Assembly (NCBI GenBank): GCA_964016885.1
Contig: OZ024741.1
Location: forward strand, 319,734,001 to 319,798,000
From: Eledone cirrhosa
Taxonomy: Eukaryota
Direction of reading: 5' to 3'
DNA length: 64,000 nucleotides
Below are positions 13,648 to 26,920 of this stretch, one piece after another. The translations under genes were made by a program, and so were the position numbers. Numbering within the stretch: position 1 is the first letter of the stretch; each line of letters begins with the position of its first letter. The notes under the pieces are model-generated. The model saw nothing but the letters and a program-made list of their open reading frames with translations. It searched no databases and was not told the DNA's origin.

Positions 13648-14025
13648 TCTGTTGTGGAGATCAGCTGCCCACTTGATGTAAACGTTGTCAGAAAAAAACA
13701 GGAGAAGGAGAACATCTACGGACCATTGATGAGGAGTTTACAAATCCAGTATCCAAGATACACCTTTAGCTTCATACTCATCATTATTGGAGCTACAGGT
13801 TATATACCAACCCGCTTGGACCAAAGTATGACTGAACTTGGATTTGCGGACAAAAAGCGCAGCTCCCTAATTCATAGTCTACAAATGGCTGCGATAGCTG
13901 GCACCTTCAAAATGTTCAAAACATTCTTGCGATTCAAGGGATGACAATTTCTTTTCTTTTACAACCTTGCCACCAGGAGGGTGGCCGGTCAAAAAATTAT
14001 ACTTGAAATTAAAAGAAAGAGATAA
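13648..14025 (+). pseudogene. 5'-truncated RLE-type non-LTR retrotransposon (endonuclease C-terminus and 3' UTR)
   Basis: EISCPLDVNV..K..EK..IY..L...IIIGATGYIP...LQ.AAI.GT parallels the end of the R4 ORF; flanked by ACAT repeats. Confidence 0.75.
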
Positions 14026-14048
14026 CATACATAGACAGAAACACACAG

Positions 14049-14115
<67 letters not shown>

Positions 14116-14327
14116 CATGCATGCACCCATTCATCCCCCCATACACATACACATTATATTACTATTCATTTGTGTTTATACACAGAATAAAAAGCGCTAT
14201 CTAAATTTCAAGATCCTATTATGACCAACTCCACAGATTGTTCACGGTGGTGCAGAATAGAAGATTGATAAAATTTATGACTTAGTCATCAGGCATTTGG
14301 ACTATTGTGTGTGTGTGGGTGTATATA

Positions 14328-14396
<69 letters not shown>

Positions 14397-14473
14397 ATAA
14401 ATTAACGGAGCCATAGACTCTCGTTATTCCCTGTCAATAATGTGCTCAAAGGAAAGGAATCCCGAGCTCTTTA

Positions 14474-14826
14474 AAATACAATATGTTGAAAAGGTAACAC
14501 ACTAGACAGAGATAGTGCGCCATCAATAAAACAGGGAAAATCACAATATGTTGAGTTGTCTGGAATGTATAGTCTTGCACGCGCTGATGAACCATAGGCT
14601 ATTCCATTTCAGTCAACAACTTCCTGGCGAAACAGATCTCTTTGGATTTGTAGGCATGTTATATAGTTATAGAGGTGCGTATATACATTTTAATTTATAT
14701 TTTTAATTATTGTGTGTCTACCCTGCCTTCCATAGATTATAGACTCCATACACTGGTGGTTTTCCCTGTTTTATTAATGGCGCACTATCTCTCTCTAGTG
14801 TGTTACCTTTTCAACATATTGTATTA
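14474..14826 (+). mobile_element. Pseudo-LTR relic with ~70-bp inverted arms and a degenerate hammerhead
   Basis: 14474-14543 is the reverse complement of 14757-14826; CTGATGA at 14584, GAAA at 14629. Confidence 0.6.
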
Positions 14827-15200
14827 TATATATATATGAACTTTTTCTCTATTTGCTAAACCTTGATTATATATGTTCTGGCTCGTTAATTTATTAACCT
14901 GCCATAGAACCACATTGGCATACGGTTGGATAATATATGTGTCCCTATATGAATTTTTGCACGTAGGAAAACATACTTTATTAATATTAATCTCCCCTAA
15001 GGTCGAGATAACATTTTGGTCGTTTTAACTGCTGCTATTTCTAGTGGCAGGACATTGACTTTTCCGCCCTTGCCTTCTATCTTTACACACGGCACTAGAC
15101 AAGATTGTTTCTTTATCATACACTCTCACCCGGGAACAGTTCTGTATGGCGCCAGTTCGTGATTTGAACTCGGGAATTTTATATTCTCTGAGCGAGAAGA

Positions 15201-15284
15201 ACCCTCTGATGAGAGTCTCCTTCTCAATGGTGGTTCGCATGGATTATCCATTTATTTTGAGACTTGAAACCGCGCGGTAAGGGT
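15201..15284 (+). ncRNA. Type I hammerhead ribozyme, canonical core
   Basis: ACCCU-CUGAUGA-GAGUCUC...GAGACUU-GAAA-CCGCGCGG-UA-AGGGU; all stems pair, palindromic stem III, GUA triplet. Confidence 0.9.
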
Positions 15285-15352
15285 AAATATAGTAGGTACA
15301 GTAAACTTTTTAAAATTTATTTTAGAACTTTTTCTCTATTTGCTAAACCTTG

Positions 15353-15458
<106 letters not shown>

Positions 15459-15469
15459 GTTGCATGTTG

Positions 15470-15650
15470 TGTTGCGTGTTGTGTTGAGCAAAACACTTCA
15501 TTTCACGTTGCTGCAGTATACGCAGCTGAAAATAAGTACCAGCTATACCTGGGGTCCTATCCAGAGGCATGTCTTGTACTCTCAGTCGCTTCACGCCATG
15601 AAACCGGGATAAGCACCGGTCAAATGAGCCTTCTGGCTTAAGACAGACTT
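15470..15650 (+). mobile_element. Second SINE family, body fragment
   Basis: ttgagcaaaacacttcatttcacgttgct matches the reverse complement of 22038-22068; gaaaccgggataagcaccgg motif. Confidence 0.55.
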
Positions 15651-15653
15651 TAG

Positions 15654-15715
<62 letters not shown>

Positions 15716-15743
15716 TTTCTATTCGATAAGCTTCGTCTCTTAA

Positions 15744-15824
<81 letters not shown>

Positions 15825-15923
15825 AGATTCTCTTAGAGTTGTCTGGAATGTATAGTCTTGCACGCGCTGATTATCGCTAAATATTGATGTTTATTTGGTT
15901 ATCAATATTAATATTATTGGGCA

Positions 15924-16050
15924 CCCACTGAAGAATTATAAGAGCCCACTTGAATAAGTATCTGTTGATCTTATACAAGCTTCTACATAAATTGGTATAA
16001 TTTCACCCAACTTGTAGAAATCTTATAGTGAAACGAGACGTCCGTCTGGG
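15924..16050 (+). ncRNA. Type I hammerhead ribozyme
   Basis: CCCA-CUGAAGA-AUUAUAAGA...UCUUAUAGU-GAAA-CGAGACGUCCG-UC-UGGG; GUC triplet. Confidence 0.85.
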
Positions 16051-16623
16051 AAGAGATATATTCGATATGTCTCATATGAAATGATACAGCCAATTTTCCA
16101 CACAATACAATTAGTTAGCACCCCGAACGTTTAATTAGGAATATACTCAGGTATTTCCTAATGTTTGTTGAGTGAGTTGGAATTTGGCCGGAGTATCGCT
16201 ATTAGCTTTCTCCGATTATGTATTTATATATTTACTCTTGGAGCAACAGATATGAACTTTCCCGATATAATGTATGACTCTTTGTTTATTTTTTTTATAT
16301 GAATATTGATTGTTTGTTCTTGTATCTCATTCTGTTATTTTGCCCGAGAAAATATCTGTGTGTCATCAAGCGATGCGTACAACATATGGTTATTTTTTCA
16401 TATCTAATTGAGTTCTAGCACGTGGCTTGAATTCTTTTCAGAATTCATTGACCTGCGCATGTATTGTTTTTTGGCGGTAATCTCCTTCCTCCTATTTTCG
16501 AGACAGTGTGAGATTTTCTTTAGAACTGCTGGACTAACAACCTAGCAGCTCCCCCAAGCACTGATGGTGATTATTGCTAAATATTGATGTTGATATGGTT
16601 ATCAATATTAATATTATTGGGCA

Positions 16624-16750
16624 CCCACTGAAGAATTATAAGAGCCCACTTGTATAAATATCTGTTGATCTTATACAAGCTTCTACATAAACTGGTATAA
16701 TTTCACCCAACTTGTAGAAATCTTGTAGTGAAACGAGACGTCCGTCTGGG
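16624..16750 (+). ncRNA. Type I hammerhead ribozyme, tandem copy
   Basis: Same as 15924-16050; one stem II change gives a G-U pair. Confidence 0.85.
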
Positions 16751-16915
16751 AAGGGATATATTTGATATATCTCATATGAAATGATACAGCCAATTTTCCA
16801 CACAATACAATTAGTTAGCACCCCGAACGTTTAATTAGGAATATACTCAGGTATTTCCTAATGTTTGTCGAGTGAGTTGGAATTTGGCCGGAGTACCGCT
16901 ATTAGCTTTCTCCGA

Positions 16916-17008
<93 letters not shown>

Positions 17009-17314
17009 TAGATAGATATAGAACATCTTATACAAAATCACCGAGTGGTAGATTACTGTAGAAGCATCTCTCCCTGTGGATAAACGATTTCATCCTGACT
17101 GTAGTTTTAAAGTTTAAAATTATAACGTATAGCCCCTCAAGAGATTGACATGGCTGTCGTTAACTGGATGGATTTTTCATCAAATGATTATTTTTGTAAG
17201 GTATAAGATGTTCTACATTATATGTATTTGCTGCTCTGAATGAGATTTTTTTAGCGATCTCTTTTCAGTGAGATGTTATGTATACTCTGACAATTCTACC
17301 TATGTACACACTCA

Positions 17315-17393
<79 letters not shown>

Positions 17394-17438
17394 ACATACA
17401 CCCCACACCCCCACCCCCACACACACGCACGCGCACAA

Positions 17439-17469
<31 letters not shown>

Positions 17470-17477
17470 TGCACGCT

Positions 17478-17513
<36 letters not shown>

Positions 17514-18696
17514 TTTGTGTATGTCTAAGTAACTCTGCAATTATATCCACCCCATGTTTTCACATTGGTATTTAACTCCTATCTCAGCTTGACCTTCACT
17601 AAGTGTTCATTTAAACTTTAAATGAACACTTAAAGAGTTATCAATTGACAGGTGCTTATTTTCGATATCCGCAGCGGCGAAATAGTGTTTCGAAATAGGA
17701 CACCACTTTCTAGGAAGTAAATTTACTAGAATTCCTCGTGAGACTATTCATGATAAACAGGCAACGCAAAATATATTTTCCTATTTCCAAACAACACATT
17801 GATTACATAATCATCACTGAATTGGAGTTGAACTCACCAACTAATAACAATTTTAGGCTGGAAATCAAATGTCATATTCATTTGGCCCTTCACGTTTTCG
17901 TTTTGTAGCCATATGCATTAGTAGTTCTAAAAATGAGTCAACTGGGAAGGCGAATTTGGTCAGCGCAATGTTTTGAAAGCCAGAACATATAAGAACAATG
18001 CAAAACGCCATACGACAACTATCTAACATATTCTGGCGCTCTGTTGGTTCCGCCTACTATATCAGTCTCTGGTCACTGTTATTGATTTAAGATAATCGCA
18101 AATATGTATTCGGAGAACGTCGCGAATAACGAAAATGGATTTTGGGGGATTAAACGACGGAGTAGATGCAGTGAAGTGATTACATGGCGATATACCATCA
18201 TCTAGTGTTTTGGGGAAAATATACATGTAGGGGTTTTGTTGATCGAAGAATAAAGTAAAAAAAAAAGAAAAAAAAAAAGAACAAAATAAAAAGAACTGTT
18301 TAGTAATCTGAACCATATACCCAAGTTTTCTTTTCGTTTTCTCAATGACGACCAAATTCTTTCTCCAATGCTCGTATGCCTCAAACGAACACACAAGCAT
18401 ATAAACAGATATACACACACGTACACACACGTGTATAAAGATCGATAAGCACGTATATGTACATACACACATAAGTATACATTCAAAAGTATACACATAC
18501 GCACATACAGATATATACACACACACACACACCTGATTATGGTAATAATTCGATTTGCTGCTTCTACATATCTACTCACTAACATACGCAGACCCATACA
18601 TTCTAATTAATATGCATAGTTCTAAGCCAAAGAAGAGGCAATATATATATATATACATACACATATATATATACACACACGTATATATATAGAGTA

Positions 18697-18880
18697 ATAA
18701 TTGTTTCTACTTTTGGCACAAGGCCAGCAATTATCCCAGTGTATTACTGGTACTTTATTTTATCGACCTCGTAAGGATGAAAGGCAAAGTTAACCTCGGC
18801 GGAATTTGAACTCAGATCATAAAGGGCGGCAACTCTATGCGGCAAAGCATGGCGTCCGACCTTCTACCGATACTGCCAAT
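18697..18880 (-). mobile_element. SINE, full length
   Basis: Reverse complement of the SINE consensus. Confidence 0.85.
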
Positions 18881-19190
18881 CCCCTTGTATATAGAGTAAT
18901 AATAAATACAAAGACCAAAATCCGAAGAGGGCTCGATAAGGATTGTATTCATATAAGGCAAACACAGAGATAAACGGTTACCAGGGAGAAATATCTCGGT
19001 CCTTTCTCCGTAGCACCTTCTGCGGACCTCCATGATAATAGATGGTTAATCCGAAAGATTTTGTGAATATCAAATTGCTAAGGGATCTTTCAGTCATACT
19101 CTCTTCCACTTACATTGCTCGGCTTTCTAAACAAACAAACGGACTTTTCAGTTTTATATATACATGCACATATATGTACATGCATACATA

Positions 19191-19273
<83 letters not shown>

Positions 19274-19278
<5 letters not shown>

Positions 19279-19602
19279 GAATATAAATACAAATGCAAAA
19301 GATATTGTTGACAATTAGTCTTTTACCTTAAATTTATTTGAATATCCTTAATTATCGAGATAATATCTCTTCTTCGGAGGGAAGTAAAGGGGTTAATCCA
19401 GTCTTCTAATTAGCTTGCCAAATCATGCTGACAGGAAATGGTATAGAGATTCCATTCTATCCCTAATGTCAAAGATTGAGGGTTAGATGGATAAAGAGTT
19501 GTCTCCCTTTAAAAGGGGTTTTGTACATGTATGTTTAAGTGTGTGGGAGAATACGTGAATGCGTAAGTATGCGTGTTTGTGTCTTTGTGTGTTTGTGTGT
19601 GT

Positions 19603-19643
<41 letters not shown>

Positions 19644-19751
19644 TGTGAGAGGATATGTCTATATGTAAATGTGGGTGTTAGATGCTCTATCATGTTAAGA
19701 CTGGTCTTTGTGTGTATATGTGTGTGTGTGAGAGAGAATAAGTGGAGGTGT

Positions 19752-19826
<75 letters not shown>

Positions 19827-20279
19827 AGGGTTGTGTGTAAGTGTGGGGCTAGGTGCTCTATCATGTTAAAAATTGGGTGTTGAGTTCTAGTCTATTATTG
19901 ATTGGTGGTTGTGTTTTGTCTATAATCAGTGCTTCCTTAATTCTAAGATTGCCGAGGTTTCTTTCCTTAGCTTCTACCCTAACTGTTATGTTTTTGTCGG
20001 TGTTTTTGCATTTCACTAGGTGTTTCTTAAGAAACACCTAGAATTAAGGAAGCACTTATTATAGACAAAACACAACCACCAATCAATAATAGACTAGAAC
20101 TCAACACCCAATTTTTAACATGATAGAGCACCTAGCCCCACACTTACACCCCCTCTCACACACACACGCTTACACCTCCACTTATTCTCTCTCACACACA
20201 GGCATACACACACAAAGACCAGTCTTAACATGATAGAGCATCTAGCACCCACATTTACATATAGACATATCCTCTCACA

Positions 20280-20349
<70 letters not shown>

Positions 20350-20650
20350 AACACGCATACTTACGCCTTCACGTATTCTCCCACACACTTAAACATACAT
20401 GTACAAAACCCTTTTTAAAGGGAGACAACTCTTTATCCACCCAACCTTCAATCTTTGACATTAGGGATAGAATGGAATCTCTATACCATTTCCTGTCAGC
20501 ATGACTTCGCAAGCTAATTAGAAGACTGGATTAACCCCTTTACTTCCCTCCGAAGAAGAGATATCTTGAAAATTAAGGATATTCAAATAAATTTAAGGTA
20601 AAAGACTAATTGTCAACAATATCTTTTGCATTTGTATTTATATTCTATAT
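19274..20650. mobile_element. Fold-back (head-to-head) 5'-truncated PLE: GIY-YIG C-terminus plus pLTR in both arms
   Basis: Arms 19274-19945 and 20038-20650 are reverse complements. Minus strand 20025-19861 reads KHLVKCKNTDKNITVRVEAKERNLGNLRIKEALIIDKTQPPINNRLELNTQFLT*. Confidence 0.8.
20547..20578 (+). ncRNA. Minimal hammerhead, U4C core variant (mirror copy 19346-19380, minus strand)
   Basis: CCU-CCGAAGA-AGAGAUAUCUU-GAAA-AU-UA-AGG. Confidence 0.55.
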
Positions 20651-20731
20651 CTATACCTGCACTGTCTTGGCCTTCCAACTCCAAACGTTTATACCTCATT
20701 ACGCAATGCTTCAAGTGAACTACAACTTCCT

Positions 20732-20801
<70 letters not shown>

Positions 20802-21279
20802 CTTGAGTCTTTGGGGCATACAATAGGGATTTGCCCCGGACATCAAGCACGCCACTGCACTCGAATCACATTATTTTCATTATCGTGGTCAAGTCTCTCT
20901 TATCACAGGTATGTTATGGTACTGTATATTAGTGCTGCATTTATATTTATAATTAATTCAGTGCAATTTAAGGCTTTAAATACCAAAATTCATATAAAAG
21001 AAGTAGAAACCCAACACCACTCTCCACCGTTAACAGTGTTATTTCTACGTACAGGATGATACCTTGACCCACAAATGTTGACCTGTTATTCGGAAAATAC
21101 TAAGGTCTACTTTTATACGAGGTCTATGGTAAATTCCAGATTCTTTGGCCAGAAATAGGGGGTTGACTGTTACACGAGGTCGCCGATTACTCGATTATAT
21201 ACGATATATGATAAAGTTATATCTGTATAAATACAGTGTGTGACTGAGAGTGCAACAATGTGTCGATTGGATCACATAT

Positions 21280-21317
21280 ACACCTTCTGATGAGGATCCG
21301 AAAATCGATTAATGTGT
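21280..21317 (+). ncRNA. Minimal hammerhead motif
   Basis: CUGAUGA-GGAUCC-GAAA-AUCGAU-UA; palindromic stem III; stem I imperfect. Confidence 0.6.
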
Positions 21318-21339
21318 TTATCATTATTTCAATTTACAA

Positions 21340-21798
21340 AGGGCGGTGGATTGGCAGAATCGGTAGGGCGTCGGACAACTTGCTTAGAAGCAGAGAGTTA
21401 CGGCCCTTTACGTTCTGAGTTCAAATCCCGCCGGGATTAGCTTTGCCTTTCATCCTCACGGGCTTGATAAAATAAAGTACTAGTAATGCACTGGAAGCGA
21501 TTTAAGCGACTTTCTTCTTACCTTCAAATTGCTGGCCTTGTGCCTAAAGTAGAAATAATTATTTCAGTTTGCAGGAGGGTGGTGGATTGGCAGAATCGGT
21601 AGAGCGTTGGACAACATTCTTTGTGGCATAGAGTTACATCCCTTTAGTTCTGCGTTCAAATCCCGCCGAAGTTAACTTTTACTTTCATCCTTACGGGGTC
21701 GATAAAATAAAGTACCAGTAATCCACTGGTTCGATTTAATTGACTGTCCCCTTCCCCCAGAATTGTTGGCCTTGTGCTTAAAATTAGAAACCATTATT
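21340..21798 (+). mobile_element. Two tandem SINEs
   Basis: ggcggtggattggcagaatcggtag...gagttcaaatcccgcc...core; two units. Confidence 0.85.
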
Positions 21799-22029
21799 TC
21801 AATTTCCTGGGAAATTCCTATTTTCTAGTATGTTTGCATGTCTACATATTAAAATGTGTGTATTTCTATAGACATTGTTGCAGCCTCGGGTAAACACTCT
21901 GGATTTATACAGATATAACTTTAGCATATACTTCAGCTGCTAGCATATTACTTTATATATGAGACCAAGGGAACAATGTTTCCGTTGGTCTTTCCAATTA
22001 CTAATACTATCTATCGGTCGCAACTCCAG

Positions 22030-22151
22030 GTAGAAGGAGCAACGTGAAATAAAGTGTCTTGCTCAAGGACATAACGCATCGTCCGGTCCAGGAATCGAAC
22101 TCACAACTTCACGATTGCAAATCCAATTCGCTAACCACTCAGCCACACGCC

Positions 22152-22155
<4 letters not shown>
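22030..22155 (-). mobile_element. Second SINE family, tRNA-like head
   Basis: Reverse complement reads ggcgtgtggctgagtggttag...gagttcgattcc...tgtccttgagcaagacacttt. Confidence 0.7.
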
Positions 22156-22223
<68 letters not shown>

Positions 22224-22235
22224 CATATATATATA

Positions 22236-23545
22236 TCATTATCTATAAGGTGGATTGGCAGTATCGGTGGAGGGTCGGACGCCATGCTTTCCAGCATAGT
22301 TACGTCCCTTTACGATCTGAGTTCAAATCCCGCCGAGGTTGACTTTGCCTTTCATCCTTACGGGGTCGATAAAATAAAGTACCAGTAATGCACTGGGTAA
22401 TTGCTGGCCTTGTGCCTAAAGTAGAAACAATTATCTATAAAAGGCAGATTGTTGTTGTTGCGTGTGTGTGTGTGTGTGTGTGCATGTTCCATGTTTATAC
22501 ATTTACACAATTTCAAACCGATTCGACTCAAAGTCTGTAAGAATGTTGTAAATGCTTTAACTTAGCTCAACAACTATTTATTTCATTCAAACTCACCCAC
22601 AATTATGGAAATAATCGATAAAACTAAATACATGACGCTTTACCCCTGTAATAGAATCTGATAACCTCTCTCTACTCCCCTTAAAATTCGATAAAACTAC
22701 ATACATGCTTAGAAACTTCCTTTAGGAACGCCGAAGAGAGAGAGAAGAGAGTGAGAGGGAGAGAGAGAACGTTTGTTTTTGAGTGTGGAACGGTCAAACA
22801 TTTATTTACTTCAATGACAAAGAGAACTTATTACATTTCATACGAAACAACAATTATTCAAAAGCAACAGATAAATTTATTCAACAACAAAAAAAATAGC
22901 GATAAATCTTTTTTAAAACCTCTCAACGAACGGGGAAGAAAGAAGTATCAGTTTATTTACTATACACAATAATATCCTCTATGAGGTAACTAAACCTGCT
23001 AGAAACCGCAGCTAACTCTCCTCCATATCACACCCCTCCCTACTGTCTTAAATTTAGAAAACATATCCTCTATGACGTCACTAAACCTGCTAGAAACAGC
23101 AGCTAACTCTCCCCCATATCACACCACTCCCTACTGTCTTAAATTTAGAAAATATATCTTCTATGAGGTCACTAAACCTGCTAGAAACAGCAGCTAACTC
23201 TCCCCCCCATATCACACCCCTCCCTACTGTCTTAAATTTAGAAAAAACACATTAGACAACCATACAGAACAACTCCACCGCAGCTCTGTTGTTCGGCTGG
23301 CATCGTCTACGCGCGTGTTGCGCAAGTACTGTGAAACAATAAATTTCAACACTTCTTTGCACAGAGATAATATCCATAGGCGAAACTACAATTGCCACTG
23401 CTGGCGCAGCTCCTGCTTCGGCAGTCCAGGTCTGCAATTCATTTACCCAGTGCCTGGCAGACAAAAAAGCGCTGCCATAAAATGGGTGGTGCAACCTAAC
23501 TTTGGTAACTTACTGACCCTGAGCAACGCCGGGCTTTAATTCTAG
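22236..23545 (+). mobile_element. Non-autonomous Helitron, copy 1 (SINE inserted at 22249-22429)
   Basis: A|TC start; subterminal hairpin cctgagcaacgccggg then CTAG|T; homologous to 46003-46750; internal ~88-bp unit x3 at 22972-23245. Confidence 0.8.
22249..22429 (+). mobile_element. SINE with 11-bp TSD
   Basis: ATTATCTATAA at 22238-22248 and 22430-22440; empty site present at 46005. Confidence 0.9.
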
Positions 23546-23829
23546 TATATATATATATGAATGTATATATAGTGTATTTTGCAATACACTGTATGCTTAA
23601 TTAAAAGCATTTCGAAGACCTTACGCTATTGTTTTAGAGTAGGGACAGTCTCACTTACTTTAAATTTTCAGCAAACAGGGGAGATAAAGCTGACAAAGCT
23701 CTGTTTCGTACTGATTGGTACTTATCAAAGTACTCCACCTGTTTGCTGAACATTATGAATGTTTGATTCTTATAGAATTCTAGTAATAATCAGGAACTGA
23801 TTATACAGAGCGATTGCAGGTCAGGCAGA

Positions 23830-24327
<498 letters not shown>

Positions 24328-24836
24328 GAGAATTTAATTCGTTTTGTGATATTTTGCAATTTTGCAATAACACACATACTGAATTCATCCGCCAAAACTA
24401 AGGGCTGCCTCCCTTGTCGAGCCCCACGTGGGTTTTGATAACGGTCAGTCCTTGGCTTGGCACTGAACTAAAAGCCTCTTGAGAAAGTGACTTCCTTGTT
24501 CGATCATCTTACCAAAAGCTTAACATTATTTGTCTAAGTAGACAGTACTTGATTTAGGAGTTGCAGAAACCCAAATGCTGGATATTACCAACCTTCCAGG
24601 GGTCCGTGTATAATTTTCAGTCATATTTTATTTGTTTGACCCGAATTACTTGGTCATTTCTATGGCTGTGCAGATAATGGTTTAACCATCGTCTCAGTGT
24701 GTTTGGTCTTTTAACTTATGTTGTAGCTCTAGTTCACTAGCTTCTATGGAGCGCTTGCCACACATCTCGGAAGTTGTTTTTCGCTAATTTCCAATAGCCG
24801 AAATACGATTCTCGTTAATTTATATTTATATATATT

Positions 24837-24904
<68 letters not shown>

Positions 24905-24984
24905 AAAGTTCTATTTAAAATTGTTGGGATACAACAAGTAAATATTTTTATAACTGATATAAAGCAATCGACAATTACTTAAGA

Positions 24985-26920
24985 AGTATTAAGGATAATA
25001 TTGAAAACTTAGAGAAAACAGAGAAAATTCTAGTGAAGTCGGACAAAACTAATAATCTTTATGGAATACAAAAGGACATTTATAACAACCTTATATTGAA
25101 GGAACTAAGGAAAAAGTACAAGGTAGCAAATAAGGACGAACTTGAAAAACTGAATACAGATGCATCTTGTATAATGCATGAATTAGACATTGAGAATAAA
25201 ACACAACCCTTCATGCCTAGGAAACCTAAGATCAATATGAAGGATCACAAAAGAAACTTTGAAAATGATTTACCAGTCAGATTAATTGCACCATCTAAAT
25301 CTGACCTGGGCAAACTTAGCAAAAATATTCTAGACAGAGTAATACAACAAATTAAAAACTTACCTAATTTATCTTACTTAAAATTATGGAAAGAGACTAG
25401 TGAGGTTATCGATTGGTTTAAGGAAATTAAATATAACTATAATAATAAGTTTATTCAGCTGGATATTGCTAACTACTATTCATCTATCACTCCTAATCTA
25501 CTGAATAAGGCACTAAATTACGCATTTAAACATACAGACCTAACTAGCAATGAAATGCACATTATATTATCGGCAAGGAAAACATTGATAGAATTTAATA
25601 ACCAACTCTGGACTAGGGCAGATAGAAATAATAATTTCGACATAACTATGGGATCATCAGACTCAGCTTAGGTAACGGACCTTGTAGGCCTATTTATAAT
25701 TAATTCGCTACATAGAAAAATACCAGGTGTAACCGGAGGCTTATATCGTGATGACATGCTTTTACTTATAGAAAATAATAGCTGTGAACTAAATAGAAAA
25801 AGAAAACAAATTATACAATTTTTTAATTACCTTAATCTAAAAGTAGAAATAGAGAATAACCATAAAATAGTCAATTTTCTTGATGTAACACTATATCTCA
25901 ACACATGTCTTCATTATCCATTTCACAAACTAAATGAGAACTTGAATTATGTTAATTTTAACTCTAATCACCCCAGATCTGTTAAAAATACTATAGTGAA
26001 CTCTGTTCAAGAACGAATTTCAAGAATTTCATCTAATAAAAATATATTTGATGAAAAAGCGCAGTATTACAACGAAGCGTTAGGTAGAGCTGGATATAGA
26101 AATAAAATTAAATACATCGATAATAATAATAATAAGCAAACTAACCAAAGTAATAACAATTTTAATTATGGTAACAACTTTAACAACTATAATAGAAAAC
26201 ATTACAATAATTCCAAAAGCCGAAAAAGAAATAGAACTAGAAATATATTATGGTTTGCTCCCCCCTTTCTCCCTAAATATTAAAACCCCTATTGCTAAAC
26301 TATTCTTTAAAGCTCTTGACAAACGCTTCCCTAGAACACATAAATATTACTCAATTTTTAATAGACACACTATAAAATTAACTTACTCGTCCACCAAAAT
26401 TTTAGCACAAAATATTAATAGAATTAATAATAGAAACTTAAAACCTAACCAAAATACCAATAATAACCCAAGCAATATTCAATTGAATAACTGTAACTGT
26501 AGAAATAAATCTAACTGTCCGTTAAATAACAACTGCTGAGCTAAAAATGTAGTGTACAATTGTAATGTTAAAACTAATTTAAATTCATTTCACTATGTTG
26601 GTTCCACCTCTACAGAATTTAAATTTCGCTTCAATAATCATAAAAATTCTTTCACAGATCCAAACAAAAAATCTTCAACTTCGCTATCTAGCCTACTATG
26701 GGACCTAAAACGAGATAATGTTAAATATTCGATGACTTGGAATATTATTTCATAAGCTACTCCTTTTAATTCCTCTTCAGAAAATTGTGATCTTTGTATT
26801 GAAGAAATATTCTTTATATTAAAGTCGAAAAATTCCCTTAATTTAAGGAATAATTTATTCAGTTGCTGCAGACATAGATTGAACTCAACGTTTAAATATA
26901 AATATAAATTTAAAATGTAG
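24985..26920 (+). pseudogene. PLE reverse transcriptase plus GIY-YIG endonuclease, with stops and frameshifts
   Basis: KDHK..F....VRLIAPSKSDLGKLSK; FIQLDIANYYSSI; FDITMGSSDSA; YRDDML; VNFLDVTL; SNHP; ILWFAPPFS; CNCRNKSNCPL; VVY...YVGST..FKFRFNNHK; CDLC...CRH. Confidence 0.9.

Larger units (their letters stand above)
15869..16922 (+). mobile_element. Tandem hammerhead-bearing direct repeats with 700-bp period (pLTR dimer or retrozyme-like)
   Basis: 15869-16222 is nearly identical to 16569-16922; (TA)n on both sides. Confidence 0.8.

Noticed and set aside
21060-21206. Pogo/Tigger-like terminal sequence
   Set aside because: No convincing partner TIR or TSD found.
26537-26539. In-frame TGA beside the CNC..CPL..C zinc motif as possible selenocysteine (some Naiad PLEs are reported to be selenoproteins)
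   Set aside because: It aligns with Leu in the two related copies (NNCLDK, NECLKS), so likely TTA>TGA; the copy also has TAG and TAA stops and frameshifts.
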